A DNA stretch of 63,832 bases, counting the filler, from Octopus bimaculoides (lineage: Eukaryota): assembly GCF_001194135.2 (NCBI RefSeq). It is 4 parts of 4 records of this genome, joined end to end, with 100 filler letters (N's around TTAATTAATTAA, not from the genome) between each part and the next. Parts side by side here need not be neighbours in the genome. Positions count along the whole stretch, not along the records: positions 29,579 to 61,053 come from NC_068997.1; positions 61,154 to 62,472 come from NW_026333644.1; 2 more parts are not named here. One strand, 5' to 3'. A program made the position numbers and the translations under genes. Positions 49,759 through 62,472 of this stretch are shown piece after piece; position 1 is the first letter of the stretch, and each line of letters opens with the position of its first letter. The notes below the pieces were generated by a model. The model did no database searches. It was not told the origin of the DNA and was given only the letters and a program-made list of their open reading frames with translations.

Positions 49759-50070
49759 CTAAAAAAACAAAAACAATGAAGAGTGATAAACAAATACGTC
49801 CGCATTTCCTAATGGACGTCCAGAGGGTCTGTGTTTCCACTCTTCATTAATCTCTCATCTATCACAAAACTCTTCATGTTTTCAGTTAATCTGTCTTCTA
49901 TCACAGTTGACTGGAGTTTGTATAGAATGGGACAAACTTCTGTTACTTTTCCACCACTTCTCTCTCCACTGAGCCATGTCTTTCTCTCACCTTCCATTTA
50001 CTTATTACTGAGGTCCATTAATAGCATTTTCTTACCACCACCTATTTTTGTTCCTATCCATCTCTCTCTC

Positions 50071-50102
<32 letters not shown>

Positions 50103-51639
50103 GTTCTCTCTCTCTCTCACATAATTTCCTCCTTTCATTGATTGTGTTCATCCTTTGCCTATCACTCTCTTCCTCCATCTTGCCACTCATAAAATTTTAT
50201 GTTGAATACTCTTAACCACAACCAACATATAACTGTTTCTCTTTTCTCACTCTACCTCTTATTCTATGTCTCACTTATGTTACTGTCGATCGACTAAGGA
50301 AACATAGGGTTGCAGAGACCAGGCAACCTCTTTCATGCTGGTGCTATGATAAAATATATCCATAAACTCTGTAAGCTGCTTGTTGTTAAGTGGGGTGGGA
50401 ACCCAGCTATAGAAAACAGGGATGAGACTTGACCCCGAAGTCCATTCAGAATGCCGTAAATCGAAATAAGAACTGATTCAGACCATAAAGCAATATGGAA
50501 TCACATAGACTTGTAAGGAAGAAGAGGCACTTGAACAGGTTTTATCTGCACCAATGGAAATAGATTCGATCTATTTTATGTAGAAATTAATGTAAAATTT
50601 GTGATTTCAGCATCAAATAAATAGAAATGTCTCATTAGACAATATTTAAAATTACACATTTATTGATATATACATTCATATAATTATATACATATTATTT
50701 TGTGGGTGCATATAGGTATATATGCATATATAGATTCATATATTTTTCCATATAGTTATGTATATGTGATATAATAGTACATATTTATATTCAATGCCAA
50801 TTAAATTTGAAAATTCTTTCAAATTATAATTGTAAATATTGGAGAAATCTGAAAAAGAAAAAAAAACATACATGAACTCCTTTTAAGATTAGTTAAAGCC
50901 ACAGTAAAAGTATCCATTACTAGCGATCCTGTTTCAAACCATTTTGAACAAAAGACTTATGAAAGGAGTTAATTCATATTTCCAGTAATAAATGTGATCT
51001 TGAAATTAATGATAGCAGAAACAGCTGCGATGAGGATTTCAGGATTAGAAAAGTGCTTTGGAAGAATTGGTTGTAACAATGGTAATGCTTTTAATTGTGA
51101 CAATGGATTCTGTGAATTAGTGCTGGTGAATGAGTTGCAGAAGTTTGTAAGGAAGATGGCAGACTGGGGAATGAAATTTGGTTTAATGCTTTTGGAGATT
51201 TATTTAGTAATATTTTTGTTTTGATGTTTCATATGAGAGAGGATGGGGAGAGTTAGAGAGAGAGAGGGAGAGAGGGAGAGAGAGAGATGGAAAATGAGAG
51301 AGTGAGAAAGAAAAGGGGGTGAGAGAAGTAGAAAGAAAAAATAGACAGAGAGTGAAAGGTGAGAGAATGAAAGAGGGTGAAAGAGTTCAAGAGAGCAAAA
51401 GAATGAAAAAGGGTGAGAGAGTGAAAGAGGATGGGAGAGTGAAAGAGAGTGAGCGGGTGAATGAAATGGATATGGAAGAGAGTGTAAAACCGATTTCACA
51501 ATAAATTCTGTCGATTTCTCCCAACAATGAAAATCCCTTTACTGTTATTATTATTATTATTATTATTATTTATTTTGGCCAACCATTTATGCAAACCTTC
51601 TTCTTTTCAGATGCATCAACTACCTTTTCCCTTACCTGG

Positions 51640-52215
51640 TGGTTATTGTGGAAGTTAGGGATGTATGTTGGGGAGAGCCATAGAAGCCATGTACAGGGAT
51701 GTGGTCAGTAATATGAAAGCCAGCAATGTGTCGAGCAATGAATATAGTGTACAGGTAGGAGTTCATCAAGGATCAGTTCTCAGCGCAACTCTCATTTTTT
51801 CATAGTCCTCCATGCGATAACAGTGAAATTTAAGTCTGGTTGCCCTTGGGAGCACCTCTATTCTGATGACCTTCTTCATATAATTGAATCTCTACAAGAA
51901 CTGGAGAAGAAATTTCAGGTGTGGAAGCAAGGACTGGAATCAAAAGGACTTAGGGTTGATCTTGCAGTAATCAAAGTTTTAGTAAGTAGGAAAGCAGACT
52001 AATTACTAACCCCTTCAGTGAAATGACCCTGCTCAATGTGGGAAAGGTGTAGCTAGAAATTCCTTATGGTATATCCAGTGCAAGCTATGGACACATAAGA
52101 GGTGCAACATTATCACAGGTAACAGGGAAGGTAGACTTTGTGTGTATCAGATGTGCAGGTACAATAAACACTAGGAATGTAGACAGTCTCAAATGTCTTG
52201 GGGAATCCACCATGC
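51640..52215 (+). mobile_element. RTE/BovB-like LINE reverse-transcriptase fragment
   Basis: VQVGVHQGSVLS...GCPWEHLYSDDL..IESLQELEKKFQVWKQGLESKGLRV; decayed. Confidence 0.85.
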
Positions 52216-52264
52216 AATGCCTTCTCCTGCCAGTCAGATCATTTATTTTCTTTTTTCTGGTTTT

Positions 52265-52580
52265 TAACTTCGTTTGGGTTTTCGGTTTCCCTATATCCTG
52301 CTGTGACTCCAGCAGCTTTTAATAAACTTCCTTCACTATTACCTACATAAGAGTCTAAATCTACTCTAGTTAACAGTCTTCTACCAATATTAACCCTTTT
52401 TTGCCTTCCTTTCTAGGTAAGTATAATCTTGCTACTCCTGCCCTTGGGTTGAGTCCTGCATTGCTATTGAATTCCTTCCTAGCTATTCTGTCTAGGTTTG
52501 CTAATTTAGTTTTTGTTCAATCCACAAAAGCTGCTGGGTATCTAAGTTATGATACTTTGCAAGTATTTACAGCCTTCTTT
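52265..52580 (-). mobile_element. R4/Dong-type LINE fragment (post-RT region)
   Basis: W.KTKLANLDRIARK..N.GLNPRAGVARLYLPRKEGKKGL matches the RLYLPR.EGGRGL motif. Its 5' end abuts the (TAA)n tract. Confidence 0.8.
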
Positions 52581-52715
<135 letters not shown>

Positions 52716-52885
52716 GCAATAAGAAGAGCATAATATGATTTGTAATAGAGACTGACACTGTTTATTGAATAGTTTAATAATGAAAGTCAGTTCAATAAAC
52801 ACTCAATCTCAGTTTATTACAAATCGTATCGTACTCTTCTTATTGATTATTTACCTTCAGGAAAAGTTACTTGAAGCTTCATAAA

Positions 52886-52947
<62 letters not shown>

Positions 52948-52966
52948 GTTATNNNNNNNNNNTAAA

Positions 52967-53028
<62 letters not shown>

Positions 53029-53036
53029 GTTATTAA

Positions 53037-53225
53037 TAAGGCTGCAAGCTGGCAGAATGGTTAGCACGTCGGGCAAAGTGCATAGTGGTATTTCATCCGT
53101 CTTTATGCCCTGAGTTCGAATTCTGTCATGGTAGATAAAATAAGTACCAGTTGAGTTCTGGGGTTGACATAATTCATTTACTCTTTCCTCAGAACTGCTG
53201 ACCTTGTGTCAAATTTTGAAACCAT
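53037..53225 (+). mobile_element. SINE with internal deletion, inserted after (ATT)n
   Basis: AAGGCTGCAAGCTGGCAGAATGGTTAGCACGTCGGGC head and GATAAAATAAGTACCAGTTGAG body. A second head-only copy lies at about 53328-53400. Confidence 0.8.
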
Positions 53226-53254
53226 CAGCATCAGCATCATCATCATCATCATCA

Positions 53255-53318
<64 letters not shown>

Positions 53319-54742
53319 CATTATTGATAAGGCAGCAAACTGGAAGAACTGTTAGCATGCCGGGCAATATGCTTCATGGTATTTCCCCCATCTCTATGTT
53401 CTAAGGAGAAGCACAAAACAACTGGAAGAACCATAAGGTTAAATAAAAACTATGAAATAGAGAGAGACACCCATCGATAGAACCAGAAGTCTCTACAGTA
53501 TCCGTTGATGTGCTAGATATAGCAACCAAATGTTACTCAAATCACATCTTACCATCTTTAAAACAGGGAGTGACACATTAGATAAGTGAGTCTCAGATAG
53601 TCCTGAAAATACTCAGGGATGGTCATGGTTGGTATGCCTTTATCATAGATCTATCCAATCATGGTCGACTTGGGACTAAATAACAACAAAGTATGTCCAG
53701 AAGAAGGATCAAAAGTTTGATGACAAAGATTGAGGTTTTGCTATGTTATTCTGTGTGAAATGAGAACAGTTTGCTTCTACCGAATAGGAAGAGAAAGAGG
53801 AAAATGAGGTGTGTGTGTGTGTGTGCATGAGTGTGTGTGTGTGTGTGTGCAACCTTGTGTTTATCCCCAACTCATCCAGTGTTGGTTAATTTACGTCTGT
53901 GTAACCTTGTGGTTCAATAAAAGGGATCGACAGAATAAGAACCAGATTTTAAATAGTCACCCAACTACATACTTGAAGGTGGGGCCCCAGCATGGGCGAT
54001 GTATAATAAATTGAAACAAGCGAATGACTAAAAGAATATATTTTCTAATAGAGTACAACATCTTTGATTTCAGTCATTGTACAGTGGCCATGCTGGAGCA
54101 ACGCCTTACAAGTCTGAATCTATTATATTTTATCATAACATGACTAACAAACTCCGAGGGGTTGCTCCAGCATGACTGAAACAAGTAAAAGATAAAAGAT
54201 ATCAACCTGGATGAAACTTGAACCCTGAGTGTAAAAGTATGAAACCAAATACCAGAAAGAGATTTGATCAACATTTTACCTATTTTGCCAACAGCCATCT
54301 ATTTAGAAACTTGATGGGTTCTTATTGTTGATAAATAAATAAAAAAAAGACAATAAAAAAACGATCATACAAAAAAACTAACAAAAAGAAACAAAAAACA
54401 TTAGTTTGGGTTTGAAAACCAAAGAAGGAAGGATTGATGTAAACTCATTGATGTTTAAGGGCTGTTTATCAATTTTACAGAATATTGTAATTTTTATAGC
54501 CTTTCTCTCCCAAGAACACACTCATAGATTCTTTGTTCCAAGAAAGGTGCTGTTGATTTTTTTTTTTTTACCAATTAAATTATTACTTCACTGCATTGTA
54601 AACATTAATTATTTATTGAGATTCATTTGCATTATTAAATCTATTATCAATATTAAACGACATCATCCTGCAGTTATTATTTATTCCTCGTTATCATTAT
54701 CGCTTCAGAACATATACTTTATTTATTGCATGTGCACGCACA

Positions 54743-54785
<43 letters not shown>

Positions 54786-54845
54786 ATATATGTATATATC
54801 TATATTTATGTATATGTATGTGAATATACTATATGTGTATATAAA

Positions 54846-54877
<32 letters not shown>

Positions 54878-55442
54878 TCATACATGCATATACACACATA
54901 CATATATATGTGTGTATCTGTGTGTCTGTGTACTTATATTTATGTGTCTTCCCAAGAATACATGTATATACCTATGAATTCTCGCAAAAGAATCTTACCA
55001 AATATAGATTCTACTTGTAATTTATTCTTTTATTTTTGTTGTGAGGTGTGTTTGAGAAACTTTCCAATATCGGCCAAAAGCCTTCTAAATGGCATTTGTC
55101 TTTGAAATATGTTTGGTGGAACATGACTTACTTTTCAACAAAACAACACAAAGCTTAATAACAATATACACTTTCGTTCTATTTGTTGCAACAAAAGGAA
55201 AGAAAATTCTGATTCAAAATTATTTCCACTTCATATATGCATGTGTATAAATATACACATACATATATATATACATACATACATAAACACACATCTACAC
55301 ACACATGTATATAATATATACATATATATATGCACACACACACACTCACACACATGTTCACAGACATATACATGCATATATATGTATTGATATACCTATG
55401 TATATATATATGTATCTCTACACATGCACACAAAAATATGTG

Positions 55443-55482
<40 letters not shown>

Positions 55483-55583
55483 NNNNNNNNNNNNNNNNNN
55501 NNNNNNNNNNNNNNNNNNNNNNNNNNNNNNNNNNNNNNNNNNNNNNNNNNNNNNNNNNNNNNNNNNNNNNNNNNNNNNNTATA

Positions 55584-55627
<44 letters not shown>

Positions 55628-55752
55628 ATATATATGTGTGTATGTATGCATGCATGCCTGTTGTATATGGTATGTGTTTGTTTTTCCTTCTGCCCAAACA
55701 AAATGGTAACTTCTCATTAACTGCCAAAAAGAAAAAAGGACCAACTGTTCCC

Positions 55753-55915
55753 TTTATTCATTCATAAATATTCACATAATACTGTCATCAGGTTTGCATT
55801 TTCTCATCCCTTTCACCATTCCATTGAACACAGAAAGTTCGCTTCTTGCAGGCTCAACGATGGAAGTAAACAACGAACGGTTTCAGAAAGCACCAAGAGT
55901 AATCACTACAAGAAT
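55753..55915 (-). other. Candidate short terminal exon
   Basis: Acceptor TTTACTTTCGTTTCCCTCCTCAG. Frame 0 reads ILVVITLGAF* (stop 55883-85), with AATAAA at 55753-58 and a downstream U-rich tract. Confidence 0.35.
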
Positions 55916-58900
55916 CTGAGGAGGGAAACGAAAGTAAATAAATAAATTGATAAATAAATTAATAAATATATTAATAAATAAATTAATAAATAAATTGTCT
56001 ATTTACATTTACTGGGAAAGAGAAACTAAAAGTTACATTGCTTTAAGGACTGTTCATTAGATCTATTCTCGATAATGTATGAATATAGATTTTCATTTGT
56101 CATCATCATCATTATCATCTTCATCATTATCATCATTTCCATTCGTTCTTGCCATCATAATGATCATCTTCACCATAATCATGGTTGTCACCCTCAACAT
56201 CAGCATCGTCATCATAATCAGTACCTCCCCAGTCACATCTGCCATCTTCATTAATGCTTGTATCATTACCAATCATTATTACCAATCATCACCATTCACT
56301 CATCAAACACAAACACGCACTACCACCACCACCTTCACCAACACCATCACCACCACACCATATATATATATATATGTATAATTCTTTGTACGAGTGTGTG
56401 TGTGCGTGTATCACTTAAAACATCTAAAATGTAATGTTGCCATATTGATTTTTCATACCTGATCTTTGATATTTCTAATTAATCTGTGGAATATGCACAG
56501 GGTCAATTGGTTAGAATATTGAAATATAAACGATATCAGTGTTAGTAAATTACAAAAGAGTGTAAGGCTGTATGAGTTATAAAACTGGCAAGAATGTTTT
56601 GCTGTTTATATTGATTAGGCCTCTACCCTAGAATTTCAAACCTTGTGCTTATTGAAGGATGAAATCTTAATATTATTTTTACTGATTTAAATGTCTTTAT
56701 ATGCTTACAAGGAATTTATGCTGTTTAGGTTTGATGTCAAAATCCGTTTTATTGTATAGGGTTTGGACAGCATTGCTGAACCATAAGCACAAAGTTATTA
56801 ACAAGTTTTCAAATTGTTGTTGTGGACTCATGTAATTACTGTTCCTGCAGCAATTTCCCCTGCAGACATTCACCTTAATATGTTCTTGCTGGTTATCATC
56901 TGCATCGATATCACCATTCAAGAGTCAGCATGGTGGTGGTGGAGGTGGGGGGGGAGGCTCACAAAGGTCAATGACACTGCACTGTCTCTGCTGAGTAATT
57001 TAGGAATAAAAACTAAATGAATCAGATCTTGCACCAGTATGTCCTTAATGACACCAAAAACTAAAGCACGAAAGAGCATTCTATCAATGGAATATTTGTT
57101 TTCTTGGAGTCTAAAATTTAAAGAACAAAGTTAAAGTTTTTGTGTAGCCATAATTTTTGTTTCTTTTTTTCTGCCATTTTGTCTTCTTGGTGATGTCACA
57201 TGTTCAGTTGACAACAGAAATCAATTTTTTTTTGTCATCTCTTTGCAGTTTTTCTTGCAAAACTTAAAGAACTTTTTCTATATTTTGACAATGGTAGGAA
57301 TGAAGATTTCTAACATAGTAACAAAATATTCTTTTTGTGGTGGCTAGCATTAGAATAAATTTAGTTTCCTCTTGTAAATAACTAGTACCTATTTGATGAT
57401 GCATATAAGACTTGTGTCCCCTCACACAAAAACAAAAAATACTGGATGGCTATTGTTGGATTGTCCTTTATAATAGATCTACTTAATAAAGGGTGACCTG
57501 CAGCTAAATAAAAAGAATAACTAGGACCTATTTTATTGAGGATGCAAAATAAAAGTGACAGATATCACCTCAGTAATGTCATCTGATAAACATCACTCTT
57601 CAGATGCCACCCCACAGATGTCATTCCTCACATATTAACTTACAGATGTTAAAACTGTATCAATTTCTCATCTGTCTCAAAGAGTTCATAACTGTCATGA
57701 ACCTCCTTCCTCCTGGCAATTTCATAAATTTTCCATTTGTCATCATCTGTAATTTGTCATTATCACATTTATCTCCATTCCTCTCACAACCAACAAATTT
57801 CCACTCCATGACTAACACTACTTTGTACAACTTTGTTCACATTCCTAAATATTGTTTAATGAACCAACAAGTAAGCGTTTATGTGGCAAGTTGACCAATG
57901 AAAAATAACAGCTAAATGTCTCTCAAATCACATCTTACAGTCTTAACAAAAAAGGAAAACACATTGAATAATATATTTGTTGAGACAATAAGTCTGGGTA
58001 AAAATATCCTCAGAGTGTTCACAGTTTTCTAACAGTATGTTACAATACTGTTGTCATAATTTGAGCCAGGTATTACCTGAGATTGTATTTGGTTCTATAA
58101 TATAAAATTGGTTTTAATGTGACCTAAACTAAAAATCTTCCATGAAAACCAGAAATATTTTCATGAATGAATTCAAGAACAAACTCAATTAAATACGTCA
58201 TTAGGATGTTTTGTCATTGATTCTTCCATTTGCTCAATACTTCAGGACCAATGAACATCAGTTTTTAGAATTAGCTCACCATGGTAACAGGACTTAAATT
58301 AATATGTTTTATTATACTTGGAAGTTACAGTTGGCAAATAATTTGACACAGTTTTGGTGACACTGCCAGAATGGCAGTGTGTTGAGGGAATGATAACAGA
58401 GCTGGAGAATAATCTTTTACCTTGACACACAGGAACATACATATACAAATTCATATATATATATATATANNNNNNNNNNNNNNNNNNNNNNNNNNNNNNN
58501 NNNNNNNNNNNNNNNNNNNNNNNNNNNNNNNNNNNNNNNNNNNNNNNNNNNNNNNNNNNNNNNNNNNNNNNNNNNNNNNNNNNNNNNNNNNNNNNNNNNN
58601 NNNNNNNNNNNNNNNNNNNNNNNNNNNNNNNNNNNNNNNNNNNNNNNNNNNNNNNNNNNNNNNNNNNNNNNNNNNNNNNNNNNNNNNNNNNNNNNNNNNN
58701 NNNNNNNNNNNNNNNNNNNNNNNNNNNNNNNNNNNNNNNNNNNNNNNNNNNNNNNNNNNNNNNNNNNNNNNNNNNNNNNNNNNNNNNNNNNNNNNNNNNN
58801 NNNNNNNNNNNNNNNNNNNNNNNNNNNNNNNNNNNNNNNNNNNNNNNNNNNNNNNNNNNNNNNNNNNNNNNNNNNNNNNNNNNNNNNNNNNNNNNNNNNN

Positions 58901-59126
58901 NNNNNNNNNNNNNNNNNNNNNNNNNNNNNNNNNNNNNNNNNNNNNNNNNNNNNNNNNNNNNNNNNNNNNNNNNNNNNNNNNNNNNNNNNNNNNNNNNNNN
59001 NNNNNNNNNNNNNNNNNNNNNNNNNNNNNNNNNNNNNNNNNNNNNNNNNNNNNNNNNNNNNNNNNNNNNNNNNNNNNNNNNNNNNNNNNNNNNNNNNNNN
59101 NNNNNNNNNNNNNNNNNNNNNNNNNN

Positions 59127-59172
<46 letters not shown>

Positions 59173-60890
59173 GGGAGAGAGAGAGACAGTTGCATAAGAG
59201 TTGCATAAGAGATATCTTAACCATTCAACACAAACTGTTAGAAATGGATCTTTGAAAATAAAAGATTATTTTCAAAACTCCAGGACTTACTTTGTGTCTA
59301 AAATCATCTGGAATTTAAAAGATTTGTTTCAATAACTACTGACTGTTTTGAGTGAATGGAATTTCAGGGGTTTTTCTATGCCTACAAGTCTATTTCTAGC
59401 AGTTTGAGTTACCATATAGAGGTCGTTTTGCCAGTTGGAAAAGGTTCTGCTTACAGTATCTGCTCCTTTATTACACTTTTCCCCTAAATTTCCCTGGTGA
59501 TTCATTACAAATTATGGTAACTTTATTCCATAGCAGTGTGTGACACATTATTTCTGGCACCTTACATGTTCTCTTATTCTTCCCTTTGATATTTTTGTTT
59601 TGATTAGAATTTTCTGATTCCTTTCTTTTAAGAGATATCTTGCTTCTCTTTTATAAGACCATTTACCAAACATCTGGGTTCTTTTCAATACAATTCTTTC
59701 ATTTGTCAACCTCTTGAATAGGTTTTTATTCTTCTAAGAACTCTCAAGTCTCTCATATGTAATCTTTCTTCAGCCGATCTTTTGTCAACAGATTCTTCTA
59801 CATTTTCTCACCAACACCAATACAACATCACTAAACATCGACACTTCATTCTTGCTTTATTGTCGCATCTTTTCTTATGTTATAACAACAGATTCTTCAG
59901 GTGTCACAGTTTTTCTCTTTAACTTACTGTCGTGATTCTACTGAAGTTGGTGATGGTGGTAGTGGTCTTCTTACTTTTCTGTTTGGTGGTGGTTGTGGTG
60001 TTGTTGCTGTTGTTGTTGGTGGTGGTAGTTTTAGTGTGTTTGTTTGTGTTGGTGGCTGGTGTAATAGCGATGATGGTGATATTATTGTAGTTGATGGCAG
60101 CAGCAGTGGTGATGGTGGTGGTGTTTCTCGATTATGGTATTTTTGTTAATGCTAGTGTTGCTGGTAGAGATATTATTCTTGGGGATCATGGTGGCTCTGG
60201 TTGCACAGGTATTGGTGACAGTCATGGGAAGAATGGCAGGTTGGTATTTACCCAGAGTTTAAGGCATTTCATAATTAAACATTTAGCAATATATATTTAA
60301 GGATAGTCAGAACTGAGTCTCTCTTTATTTATTATTATATTTTAGTTGGTGAAGAATATCGGCATTGATTACAGGTTGCATTCAAAGAACTCTTCATTGT
60401 TTTCCAGTTTTCTTGAAGACGTTTTATGTTTGTTTTTGTGTAAATGTTTGTGAATGTTTGTGAATGTTTGTAGGTATATGTTTGTGTGACTCAGTTTTTC
60501 TGCATACATTTCCAAAATACACAAAAATATACAAAAGACAGTTGTATGAACAAAAAGTAGGGTCTATTAGTTTGAAGCTCAGATAAAATGGAAGAAGTCT
60601 TTCGCATTTCAAGCTTCTCTACAGAAAGGAATGAGGAGAAAAAAGAAATGGAGAGAGAGAGAAAAGGGAGAGAAAGAAAAGACTGGATTAACAGTGCTAG
60701 CAGAAAATAATACAAGCTTATGACTGAGAATTAGTCAACAGGTGTGAAACCAGATTTAGCTGGATGTTAAAGTATTGTGATTTTAATCTGAGTCAGATGA
60801 AGGCAGCATCATGAGGGATCCTACTTGTGTGTGTGTAAGTGTGTATAGACATGTGCAGATATGCGTGTGTGTGTGTGTGTGTGTTTGTGC

Positions 60891-60931
<41 letters not shown>

Positions 60932-61182
60932 TTGCAAGATTTTTTATGTGAAATCGTGTGTTGAAACAGATGTTGTTGTACTTGGGGATGGTCATATTGC
61001 CAGTTTAGCCAATAAAAACACACGCACTGTATATTTGGTGTTAATTTTTTTTTNNNNNNNNNNNNNNNNNNNNNNNNNNNNNNNNNNNNNNNNNNNNTTA
61101 ATTAATTAANNNNNNNNNNNNNNNNNNNNNNNNNNNNNNNNNNNNNNNNNNNNATAATAATAATAATAATAATAATAATAAT

Positions 61183-61880
61183 ATGGAAGTGTTATCATGT
61201 ATATGACTTGCCTTGATATGAAAGATGGGCTACAGCAAATATTTTGCTTGATACCACAGATTTGCTTGTCAGTTGTTTGACCATAACCAGTTGAGCATGT
61301 TCCTTAGTGGCTGACGATATGTGCATTTCTGATCACGAGCAGAAGTAGTAGGGTAGCATCATAGCCATGTGTTGAAAGGAATTCTTTGGGGTTTGGATTG
61401 TAGTAACGCCTTAATAGCAGACGACATTTCCGGTAAGCTTATCCACGCATGCGCAGGGACTAGTTCCGGAAGGAACACGGGAAGAGTCTCATGCGCATGC
61501 GTGGTCATTTGACATACAAGTTTCGCGCCCTTATTCATTCTCTTTTCTCGCCGGCCGGCGGAGGAGCCCAGACGTACAAGCAGCCTGTCTCCAACATTCC
61601 AACTCTGGAGACAGCTCTTTCCAACATTCCAACTCTGGAGCTAGACAAATAACCACTCAACATCATTGACGGCTTCTCAGCAACCAAAGGGCGAAGTGCT
61701 GCCTATTTCCTCTGTAAATAAATATTGTTGTGTTGATGGTTCAGAATCTGCGTTCCGTTGTTTCTTCATAAATTTAATGTATGGAAGCGGGTATACACCT
61801 AATGGTGTATAACCACTTTCCTATAGGATAGTTCACCTCTTGAAACATGGATGTTTCATTCATCATCCTTAAACAAACAT
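61183..61880 (+). mobile_element. Second copy of the 526-972 repeat, starting after (AAT)n and split by an LTR
   Basis: Homology to the reverse complement of 780-972 resumes exactly after the LTR insertion (GGGGTTTGGAT | AGTTCACCTC). Confidence 0.8.
61399..61825 (+). mobile_element. Solo LTR (427 bp) with 4-bp TSD
   Basis: Starts TGTAG and ends CTATA (decayed CTACA). TSD GGAT at 61395-98 and 61826-29. Internal AATAAA and a 21-bp tandem duplication TCCAACATTCCAACTCTGGAG. Confidence 0.85.
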
Positions 61881-62310
61881 TAGAGTACAGTTGTGGAATT
61901 TAGCTGATGTTAACATAAAGCTGAAGATCAGTGAAAAAGAGAATACCTACGCTGAACTATTGAGAAATCTGCAGTTACCCTATCCAGATTACAAATTCAG
62001 GTTTATACCTGTAATTATTGGAGCACTGGGAGAAGTAACACACTGCCTAAATACCAATCTTGAGAAATTAGGTCTCTCAAAACCAGAAAAGAGAAAGCTG
62101 ATTCACTGGAGTTGGAAAGTTTTACAGATTTTAATCTGTAAAAGTTTCCAGATGTTTATCATTTAAGTATACATGAGCACGTCTAGATATGCAAATATAT
62201 GCATGAGGAGACATAAATAAAACAAAACATACAAATCTGCGCATTTACATACAAAAATACCCTGTTGGTGTTGATGAAATTCTAATGAAGAAGCCTGAGA
62301 TCTAGGTTTT
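61881..62310 (+). mobile_element. RLE-type non-LTR retrotransposon 3' end (restriction-like endonuclease C-terminus plus 3' UTR)
   Basis: ADVNIKLKISEKENTYAELLRNLQL.YPDYKFRFIPVIIGALG is the K..KY..L...PVIIGALG RLE signature. Confidence 0.8.
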
Positions 62311-62424
62311 TTCCCTCATACCTGTTTATAAATTTTTCTTTCATTATTCCTTAACCTCATCACCTACTTTTTTTTTACTCTCATTTCCTTATCTCATTAG
62401 GCCAAACGTCTATCCAAATAGTTC

Positions 62425-62472
62425 TGTAGTAACGCCTTGTCTCGTGCGCATGCGTAGTCATCAATATCCAAG
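62425..62472 (+). mobile_element. Start of a related LTR, cut by an assembly gap
   Basis: TGTAGTAACGCCTT identical to the 61399 start, plus the GTCTC.TGCGCATGCGT.GTCAT motif. Confidence 0.65.

Noticed and set aside
52880-53035. Duplicated TAAATC(ATT)n...GTTAT block either side of a 10-N gap
   Set aside because: Most likely overlapping contig ends left unmerged in a microsatellite.
56964-56978. IR1 nuclear-receptor-like site AGGTCAATGACAC
   Set aside because: A single short motif, expected by chance in 64 kb; no supporting context.
57604-57894. 96-aa plus-strand ORF with acceptor- and donor-like ends; SHLSQRV coincidence with ORF 39403..39756
   Set aside because: The peptide is unrecognisable, the nucleotide similarity is short and weak, and the strand conflicts with the other exon candidates.
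59930-60260. GT-rich ORFs 59901..60149 and 60091..60300
   Set aside because: Degenerate (GGT/GTT/GAT)n microsatellite mosaic.
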